From the NCBI GenBank assembly GCA_977018835.1, contig OZ361259.1, positions 1,860,001-1,924,000 on the forward strand: a DNA stretch of 64,000 nucleotides. Reading direction: 5' to 3'. Every line of letters begins with the position of its first letter. The first letter of the stretch is position 1. The notes below the pieces were generated by a model. The model was not told the DNA's origin. It did no database searches and saw nothing but the letters and a program-made list of their open reading frames with translations. This DNA comes from Minutocellus sp. GHC0000111. Taxonomy: Eukaryota. Below, one piece after another: positions 56,252 through 64,000 of the stretch. A program made the position numbers and the translations under genes.

Positions 56252-57136
56252 TCAGATGACTGCACCGCTGCAGTTCGTTGCATCCGCAAAAAGGATGACA
56301 TCGGCAGCATTCTCCGTCGTGATGCCAGCGGTGGCCACCTCGGCTTCTGCCGCGAGCTTAAGACCAGTACATCCAAATCGATTCGCAGCACTGACAATGG
56401 CCCGAGCGTTGTACTTGATGGAGTTCTTGGCCGGCAGTTCACCTCCGTATATGAAACGCAATATCATTTGAAATACATCAGAATCGACACCTTCAATCGG
56501 AATGATACAGTTTTCACCTACGATTTCCGCTAAATCAGGAGCGCGGGCTTTTAGAATGCAACGGTGAGCATGCACTTCCGTGCTTTCTTCACCGCACAAC
56601 TGAAAAGTGACATCGAAATCATAAGAATGACAGTATTCCGTGGAGTCCACGTGGGCGGATGTCGAGGTCGATCTACCATTACTTGGATCTCGACTTCCAA
56701 CACAAGACTACCATTGACAAGGATTTCTTTTGAAGCATCCAGTACGTCTGTACGGAGCGCTATCTGGTGAAAGCCCCAGTTATCGCGAACTCCTCTTTCG
56801 AATCGTTTCATCTCACTATTGTCAATTGAACGCACAGTGTCCGCAGTTGGAAGCTTGACCTTCATCGTGGCATTGACAGGTTTTTCCAGCACAAGTCTTA
56901 CTCTGTAAAAACGCCGAGACATGGCGGGAATATTGTCCTTTACCGCCAGGGTATAGAAGCAGAACCCATGTGAGCCCATGACACTCGAACGTTGACGAGG
57001 CGACCACTGTGTTCAGCGCGGATTTCATCCCTTCAAAATTGTGAAAGACAACACGGACTCCCTTCCACTTTGATCGGATTTGATCACAACCGCCGACATG
57101 AATTTCGTCGACGATTTCACATCCACTTGGCGCCAT
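56252..57136 (-). pseudogene. Disrupted MATH-BTB (SPOP-like) gene
   Basis: Three frames are collinear with the intact paralogue at 58717-59940: FECHGLTW.L.LYPGG; NGSLVLEVEIQV; HAHRCILKARAP...MILRFIYGG...AANRFGCTGLKLAAEAE. Breaks at ~56883 (T-run indel) and ~56625 (deletion), and a premature end after ADATNC. Confidence 0.8.
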
Positions 57137-57600
57137 GTTTCTCTACTCAATCGTCTAATCTTCTGACCGCGATGCTTGCCGAAGGAGTGAAGGACTGAGT
57201 GCCTAACTAACTCCGAACCGAAAGCGAAGTTAAGTTGTACATAAAAAAATCAATTTGACTAAAATTTTGCGTCTTTTCTCTGATGCTCTGATTCTACTGA
57301 ACAAGTTCTGTGACGCAACAATTGCTTTGAACAGAGAGGAATATTCTCGCGGTAACCGTCTTCCGTCCCCTGCGTTGTACCTGTTCGTTTTGTTCACGGA
57401 CGGAGAAGGTTTTGACGGGAAGGCTATACTAATTATCACCATTTTTAAGGGTTTTATTTGAATTATTTTCACTCCTAACTGCTTTTCAATGCGGCAATGG
57501 AGATGCGGCAGTCAACGCAGGGGGGTGCGCCGAGAAAGCAAGCGACGGCGGAAGATGTTGATTCGCCACAATGAAGCCATAAGAGAGCATATTGTAAAGC

Positions 57601-58488
57601 ATGTTGTCAATGGCGAAAATGCTCTCGCCAAAGCTTCAGCTGGCAGGAGGTGACCAGCAGAGCCCGCCCCCTCGTTCTACCGGTACGCTGTCACATCGTA
57701 CCCTCGGCGGAGGTCTCTCGTGCTCCTACCTCAAGGGAGGCACCGGCAAAAAGTACTGCGACTACTCCTCCGGACCACTTCGTTGGTGCTCAACTCTATC
57801 GTTCGATGCCCGCATGAACGTACCGGACTGCATCACCACCGATTGGTCGTCCCTTTGCATTGTGTCAGCTTACTACCCCGAAAATAATATGGACCCTAAC
57901 AGTGTCTGTGCCGCCCTTTGCGTGGATATGTGCCATGGAGGAGATCGGTTGGGATACAATGTTGAGGCCACCAAGGACTACTGTGAGGGTGCGCCGTATC
58001 TGAGCGATCACGACCGTTCTCTCATCCCATACTGTAATGGGACATTTGTGCCCGGTATGGAGCGGAAGTGGAGGAGACGGTACGAGAAGGACGATCCTGC
58101 CAACTTGGTGGTGGTCGGAGCTGTGATTGCTGGACTTTTGGTAATGGGGGCATTGACGGCGTATCTTGTGATGAAGATTCGCAAGCAGGATGACGAAGAA
58201 AATGGTAAAGCTTGTCCAGATTCAACGCCATCATCACCGGTGGTTTCCAGCGTTGGATTCACCAATACAACTGCATCGGCAGAAGACTTGGACCTCGTCG
58301 TCACAAGTGATGATTCATCAATGGAGAGATCTGATTCAGACAGCAAGATTGCGCTGGGAAAGCAGCCCTCATCTGGAGAGATGGTTCCTCCGCCCAGCAT
58401 GACGAATGTCGAGGCAGATGAGACTGGCGCGATTGAAACGCAACTTCTTTCCACCATGCTGGAGTTTACGTCGATTGTGCAGCCCTAA
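57601..58488 (+). CDS. Single-pass membrane protein with a Cys-rich N-terminal domain
   Basis: 295-aa ORF; 10 Cys before the TM LVVVGAVIAGLLVMGALTAYLVM-KIRK; Ser/acidic tail. Start codon uncertain. Confidence 0.65.
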   Translation: MLSMAKMLSPKLQLAGGDQQSPPPRSTGTLSHRTLGGGLSCSYLKGGTGKKYCDYSSGPLRWCSTLSFDARMNVPDCITTDWSSLCIVSAYYPENNMDPNSVCAALCVDMCHGGDRLGYNVEATKDYCEGAPYLSDHDRSLIPYCNGTFVPGMERKWRRRYEKDDPANLVVVGAVIAGLLVMGALTAYLVMKIRKQDDEENGKACPDSTPSSPVVSSVGFTNTTASAEDLDLVVTSDDSSMERSDSDSKIALGKQPSSGEMVPPPSMTNVEADETGAIETQLLSTMLEFTSIVQP

Positions 58489-58716
58489 TAGAAGCTGAAA
58501 GAAACAATACCCTGCACTGAAAAACGCGTTCCTGTTACATAACTATACTTCTGAGCAATTTTAGCATTCAAATGCCAAATAAATGACTACTCCCAACTGT
58601 ATCGTAGCAATCGTAGCAAATTTGACGATTGACGAAAGGCCTTGACTGCAAGGAGACCTTGCAGGGTCCATCCAAGACGAGCTGCAAAGTAGATCTACCG
58701 GTAAATTGACAGCATT

Positions 58717-59940
58717 CTATTCAACCTCGATCACATCACAGTCCGCTTCCTCAAGTCTTGACACCAGCATCTCCTTCGATCCATCGACATCAAGACTCTT
58801 CACGTCGAGTTTCTGGCGCAGTGTAGCAACTCGCATGCGTTTGTAGTCCCTACCACCGTCGGAATCTGATGATTCGGCCGGGCGTTTCTTGTTGCCAGCT
58901 GCCATGGCTGCCATCATCTCAGCCATTATCTTATTTGACTCCGTAACCTCTCTGTAACCATCAGAGGCCATAACATCTTGTGCGTTGGCGACAAAGTATT
59001 CCATGGCAGCTTCCTTGAGCATGGCGCAGTTCGTACCATCAGCAAAGAGGATTAGTTCGGCGGCATTCTCCTTTGTTATACCGTCCATGGCAAGCTCGGC
59101 TTCAGCGGCCAGCTTCAGTCCTGTGCATCCGAAACGATCGGCAGCTCGAACAATGGCGCGGGCATCTTTCCTGAGAGTATCGTTGGGCGGAACTTCCCCA
59201 CCGTAAATGAATCGGAGAAGCATGCGGAAAAGATCGGGATGGACATCGGTGATTGGAATTGGCGCGCCGGAGGTAAAGTCATCAGCCAAGCTAGAGAGTG
59301 CCGGAGACCGGGCCGAGAGAATGGCTTTGTGCGCATAAAATAGTTGATGGTCGCCCTGCCTGGAACGAGTCTTTGTTCCATCTCCATCACCTATTTCAAA
59401 GGTAATGTCAGCACTGTCGGCATCTGCCGCATCAAGCAGCTTGAGCATGTCCATGCTGAGAGTGTTGGTAGGAGTCCAAGACGGAGGTTTATCACGCATA
59501 ACTTGAATGTCCACTTCGATAATGAGGTCGCCATTAACCAGGTGGTCATTAGAGACATCCAGTACGTCCTTCCTTTTGATGAAATCGGCATATCCCTTTC
59601 CGCCCTTTTCATAGCTCTTGAAAGACTTCGATTTCTTCTTATGCCCACTGGATGGAATCCGGATTACACTGGCCGACTTCACAACCATCTCATCTACAGA
59701 TAGACAATGTAAAAACAGGGAAATGTACGCTTCTTCTTTGCTTGACTTGCCGCCCCCACCAGGAAAGAGCTTCACTTGCCACTTCACCCCGTGGCATTCC
59801 AGAATCGGAGACTTGAAACTATCCCCCCGCTCAGCAGGGAGCGATTCAAAGTTGTGAAATACCACGCGGATTCTCTTCCATTCCGATGGGTACTGGTCTT
59901 TGCCATTGACGTGACCGACGTCCACTAATTCGACAGACAT
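58717..59940 (-). CDS. MATH-BTB/POZ-SAP protein (Cullin-3 adaptor-like)
   Basis: MATH: LECHGVKWQVKLFPGG, YISLFL, GYADFI, NGDLIIEVDIQV. BTB: ADITF, FYAHKAILSARSP, FRMLLRFIYGG. SAP: YKRMRVATLRQKL...LDVDGSKEMLVSRL. Confidence 0.92.
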   Translation of the reverse strand: MSVELVDVGHVNGKDQYPSEWKRIRVVFHNFESLPAERGDSFKSPILECHGVKWQVKLFPGGGGKSSKEEAYISLFLHCLSVDEMVVKSASVIRIPSSGHKKKSKSFKSYEKGGKGYADFIKRKDVLDVSNDHLVNGDLIIEVDIQVMRDKPPSWTPTNTLSMDMLKLLDAADADSADITFEIGDGDGTKTRSRQGDHQLFYAHKAILSARSPALSSLADDFTSGAPIPITDVHPDLFRMLLRFIYGGEVPPNDTLRKDARAIVRAADRFGCTGLKLAAEAELAMDGITKENAAELILFADGTNCAMLKEAAMEYFVANAQDVMASDGYREVTESNKIMAEMMAAMAAGNKKRPAESSDSDGGRDYKRMRVATLRQKLDVKSLDVDGSKEMLVSRLEEADCDVIEVE

Positions 59941-60554
59941 ACTAGATAATACTGAACGGGGGGTGTTCCTGGCCAACTTGTTTGCAATGGCGGACTATCC
60001 AAAAATAAATATCGCCCCAGCTGTTCGAGAGTCGTGGTCCGATCTCTGGCGCTTTCAACCGGCTGAGGTTTGACAGAGTCTGGCACGATGGACGAGGCCT
60101 TCAAAGATAGCAATGAATAACGAGGAATTATCTTGTGGCGTCCGCTCTGCTGCTGCGCTCAGTTGTACGTCTTCTCGTTTGGTTCGGTATTCGGCAAGTC
60201 AGTTTGAAGCGAAGGCTCTATTAATGTATTACCGCGATTTTATTTGAATTATTCCCTGCTCATTTTCAAGCGGCCAAGAAGGCGGTGGTATCGTCCGCTC
60301 AACTACATCAACGCCCCTTGGCGTTCATACCAGATACCACTGACATCTCCGTTGGTATTATCACCTGCATACAAAGGCGTCGATTCATTTTCTGGATAAG
60401 ACGAGAGAATTGAGAGGAAAGGCTCAAGAAAGATACCGACCAAACCCAGTCGTCGTCCGATCAATTGTTTGAAATATATTGTGCCGCCTCCGTCCTCATC
60501 TCCCAACGTACAATCCATAGCAACAGCTGCACGCACAAACTGCACACGGATATC

Positions 60555-61722
60555 ATGCCCAAGAACACGCAGCAAAATGGCGATGACGGGAATCGCGCCG
60601 CCAAGAAGCGCCGAGTTACCGCCAACCCGACCGATCTGGTATCTTCGACCGCACGACCATCTGCAGTTGAAATTCGCAGAATGCTTCCGAGAATTGCATC
60701 TGCAGGTCTTCATGATGTCATCGTCAACAATATGCTTACCGGTAGGAGAATCGGAATCAGTGACCTCCAGGCTGCCCAAAAAGCGCGGGGCTATGTTAGC
60801 ACCTCTGTTCGTCCGGTCGCGAGAGACGGCTGGAATGGACTCAGCCAGGATATCTTGCACGACGTTTTATCGCGTTTGAATGTCAAGGAGAGGGTCAAGT
60901 GTGCAAGCAGAATTTGCAAGGCTTGGAATGAGATGAAGCAAAGACGCGGCCTGTTTACCGACCTGTCGGACGAGTCGGTGCCTATTGATGGCAACATTCT
61001 GGATCTTCTTCACTGGCTCCCTGATCAAGCGCTGGCAACCGTGACTGGCATTCGCATGACAGGTACCAGAATCCCCTTCCGTGAATTCCGTAAAGGTCCA
61101 CATAATGAAGGTGTTCCAACAGTATATCACCTTTGGTTAATGAAAGGACGCGCAAAATCCAAAGTAGGGGGGCAAGTGGACGGATTGGCAGACACCGTTC
61201 TCAATGACACGAAGAAGGTTGTCTTGGTTGGACGGGAGATTGATCCTCCGAATTTGTTGGCGCTTACTAATCAAGGTTGTGGACCATCCCTGAAAAGCCT
61301 TGCGCTGGAGCATCTCGCACATGAGCATGCAAAAAGATTGGTTGTGGATCCCGATTTATCTAATGTCTTTTACAGATCTCTTACTGATCTTTGTAGTAAG
61401 AGCAAATTGTTGGAACAGTTGAAAATTCCAGCGTTCCTTGTGTCGCCATTGGGTCTCTTGCATACCCTGAGCGCCGTTGGGCCCGTTAGCATTCAGCCAA
61501 CAGCGCTGAGAGAGCTAGCTTTGAGTATCTCACTCGCCGATCCTACAGGAACAAACAAGGTAAGAAGCAAATGCCATATTGTCGTGCACCCCTTTGCTTT
61601 TGATTCATCCCTGTGGTACTAATCGCCCGTAAATGTTTCGACACGCACACGCACAGGCCAACACTTGCCAGCCAGGTACCGAACTGTACACGTTTGAAAA
61701 GATTAAACTTAGCTGCTACTGA
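60555..61722 (+). CDS. F-box protein with degenerate LRR-like region
   Basis: F-box WNGLSQDILHDVLSRLNVKERVKCASRICKAWNEM; LKSLAL and LEQLKI units; probable intron 61560-61656. Confidence 0.7.
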
Positions 61723-61737
61723 CTGAATTTAAGAAAG

Positions 61738-62832
61738 CTACTTCTTCTTATCGTCCAAAATAATAAAGCTTGATCGTCGCCTCTCTTCCATTTCTTCAAC
61801 AAGCTCAGAAGGAAAGAATTTCAGCATTTCGTCTTTTGGCAAAGGTGAACGGCCTGTGGCCGGTCCGCCCACAAGAGACACCCGCGCAGCATGTTTCTTA
61901 TCCAATAGAGGCTTGGCCATATTCCACAGACCCACCGCCATGGCTGGGACGGGCACGGCTACCGCCCTGTTCAAACGCTCAGGAAACATGTTCGCACCAA
62001 CTTGAGAGATCTTTTGCAAATTCGGAATCACTTTCTGTGGAGTGGGATTAGCCCACCCACGGCCCGGTCTTACATCAAGGACGAGCGTCGGGGTCTCCAT
62101 GCTAGACCTATCCAATATGGTATCGATGTAGAGCATTGTAGCGAGTGAATATGTGGACACTGATGCTACCTTTGTGTCAAGCATCGCAGGTAGTAGCAGT
62201 AACACTCTGTTGCCCTCGACATCTCTCATATTTTGTTCCTCCTGATCTTGCACAAGTCGAATAATTTGGGGCAATTGGAGTTCCTGCGAAATGTTGGGGG
62301 AGACAAGATGTGCAGTAGCACGACAACATACTTCCCAAACAGATCGATCGTCGAGGGTGGTGGATCCAGCACCTGAGGATGATGAAACAGCATTCATTGC
62401 TTCCTGATTCTTTACCCTCCACGAAAAGTAGGCTTTCATCTTCTTCGACGCAGACGACACAGTCTTATGCTCTGCCAGAAAGCGTCGAACCTCTGCCTTG
62501 GTTGCCTCAGGGAATTCCTCGGCAAGCCTCTGCAGCTTCTTACGCTCCTTTGCGCTGATCGACGTGGGAAAGTCTTGTTCTTGCTGCTCCTTCGTCTTCG
62601 CCCTGAGCCTTCGCAGCTGTTCTCTCGCTCGCTCTTGCTCTTCCAGGTCGTGCTCATCTTCATCACCATCGGCCAGATCACTGCCCTCTCGAGACAAAGC
62701 TGCTGTTGAAAAGGAATCGCCCGTCGTCATCTCAATCGAACGTCTCGTTGCAACTATTGATACCGACGTCAGTGAGGAGGTTTCGGACGAAAGGAGGACC
62801 TCCTCGACCTCTTGCTTACAGAAGATCACCAT
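61738..62832 (-). CDS. CRAL-TRIO (Sec14-like) lipid-binding protein
   Basis: EVRRFLAE...MKAYFSWR; RDVEGNRVLLLLP; VLDVRPGRGWANP; MFPERLNRAV; LWNMAKPLLD. Confidence 0.85.
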   Translation of the reverse strand: MVIFCKQEVEEVLLSSETSSLTSVSIVATRRSIEMTTGDSFSTAALSREGSDLADGDEDEHDLEEQERAREQLRRLRAKTKEQQEQDFPTSISAKERKKLQRLAEEFPEATKAEVRRFLAEHKTVSSASKKMKAYFSWRVKNQEAMNAVSSSSGAGSTTLDDRSVWEVCCRATAHLVSPNISQELQLPQIIRLVQDQEEQNMRDVEGNRVLLLLPAMLDTKVASVSTYSLATMLYIDTILDRSSMETPTLVLDVRPGRGWANPTPQKVIPNLQKISQVGANMFPERLNRAVAVPVPAMAVGLWNMAKPLLDKKHAARVSLVGGPATGRSPLPKDEMLKFFPSELVEEMEERRRSSFIILDDKKK

Positions 62833-63050
62833 TTTGCAGGTGAAGAACAAAGAATATATTATTTCGTATGCCGACGAAGTAAGCAGCAGTTGGCTCTGCT
62901 GCAATTCCAAATGTTGTAGGATGCAAACCAATAACAATGCCGCTGCTCTACAAAGTTCCACCGCCTCTCTCGCGCGCGCCAACTTCTCGCAAAAAATGCG
63001 CGGGAGATGGCACCGACTTCGTGCTGGTGGAGCTTTTAAGCCTTTTTTTA

Positions 63051-63121
63051 ATGACGTGTCACTACCATGTCACTTAAAAGGTATGACGTGTCTCTACGAA
63101 CCACTTAAATGGTATGACGTG
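63051..63121 (+). promoter_or_regulatory. Three ~31-bp tandem units each containing ATGACGTG
   Basis: ATGACGTG at 63051, 63083 and 63114; CACTTAAA(A/T)GGTATGACGTG is repeated twice; lies between divergent ORFs. Confidence 0.55.
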
Positions 63122-63319
63122 GAGCAACGAGGCTTTTAAAAGGTGCTGCGTCATTTGTCTGAGTCTGGTGTTTTTTGAGGGTGCACCCCGCCAAAAGAAT
63201 GACGAACGAAACAAAAGACGAGTCGCTCGTCAAGCAGATCGAGTAAGCGGTACGACGGAATGCCGCTTGTGCCCTGATCAAAAAAGACGACGATATTTGC
63301 ACATATTGTTGCATTCGTC

Positions 63320-64000
63320 ATGGCGAAGACCATTGGTGCGAAGGACAGGTCCACCGGGCGTGTCCGTAGCGAGACCGAAGGCGAGATATCGGCGAGGGTG
63401 GCGAAGACTGCCAAAACAAGAAAAGCTAACAAGAGGAAGGACGAAGCCGAGAGAGCGGCGACTTCTCATCGCAAACAAGGCTTCTTTGATAAGCGGGTGA
63501 GAAGGAGTGCTGATGAACCTGCCAATGCAAGTGACGACGCCGGCGACGACTCGAAGGACGCCAGTGGCGATCATCCGATGCCCGACCAAGAGGCAAACCC
63601 CGCCGATGACGAAGTCTCTGAAGCCGGCGAAGACGGGGAGCTCACAGCCGAAGATTTGCTTGCAACCTTCACAGCCACCGGCGATGAAGTGGAGACGCAT
63701 GTTCCTCCCGACGTCGCTGCCAACTACGATGTGGCTGACGAGGGGTCGGGTGACATTGACGACGAGGACGGCGGTGGCGGTGGCGGTGGTCCTGATGCAG
63801 CAGCACCAGCAGGATTGATGGGAGCCTACATATACCACATTCACAAGCGGCTCAAGTACGAGCTAGGGAACAAGATCACGGCTTTGGAGGAGAAATGGCT
63901 ACTGAATTTCCTCAAGAAGAAGGAGAACGGGTGGTGGATTCGAAGTGGATGCGCTGCATTCATCTGCAGCAAAATGCCCGAGCTGGAACATGGCGAACAA
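63320..64000 (+). CDS. ORF running off the right edge; basic then acidic N-terminus; possibly transposase-like
   Basis: 227 codons with no stop from ATG 63320 (MAKTIGAKDRSTGR...GLMGAYIYHIHKRLKYE...KWLLNFL...GWWIRS). Absent from the ORF track because it is unterminated. Confidence 0.65.
   Translation, partial: MAKTIGAKDRSTGRVRSETEGEISARVAKTAKTRKANKRKDEAERAATSHRKQGFFDKRVRRSADEPANASDDAGDDSKDASGDHPMPDQEANPADDEVSEAGEDGELTAEDLLATFTATGDEVETHVPPDVAANYDVADEGSGDIDDEDGGGGGGGPDAAAPAGLMGAYIYHIHKRLKYELGNKITALEEKWLLNFLKKKENGWWIRSGCAAFICSKMPELEHGEQ

Noticed and set aside
58640..58670. Hairpin CTGCAAGG-AGA-CCTTGCAG between convergent genes
   Set aside because: An 8-bp stem can arise by chance, and intrinsic terminators do not apply to this eukaryotic locus.
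1..64000. CRISPR arrays, tRNA/rRNA genes, prokaryotic operons or defence systems
   Set aside because: No repeat-spacer arrays or structural RNA signatures were seen; spliceosomal introns show the DNA is eukaryotic.

Overview
Eukaryotic nuclear DNA, most likely from a diatom. The evidence is short GT-AG introns, bipartite plastid presequences, RXL/RRLQ-type processing motifs, and MATH-BTB-SAP and CRAL-TRIO families. The window is gene-dense. The first 11.1 kb is the 3' part of a giant multi-exon type-I membrane protein: a mucin-like P/T/S stalk, then six A-B modules of acidic Cys-rich domains, each B domain carrying a conserved polybasic peptide bracketed by RXL motifs, then a TM helix and an S/R/G tail. 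It is a candidate silica cell-wall or adhesion polyprotein. Next is a vanadium-haloperoxidase-like gene split by a 628-bp non-autonomous DNA transposon (8-bp TSD, imperfect TIRs, ATTGCAAT subterminal arrays). The rest holds a U-box/Sel1 protein, four secreted or surface acidic coiled-coil proteins (two are paralogues), a bacterial-type beta-propeller protein, a plastid protein, a thylakoid FKBP, CENP-X, a sulfatase, an HD-domain protein, a cyclic-nucleotide PDE with a large RRxS-rich insert, a myristoylated CDPK, Pam16, a MYND protein, two CRAL-TRIO proteins, a TKL kinase, MATH-BTB genes (intact, broken and fragment), an F-box protein and an open ORF at the right edge. Many genes carry frameshifts, several in homopolymers, so either the assembly has indel errors or this haplotype is decaying. 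All calls were made by eye from motifs; no database searches were run.
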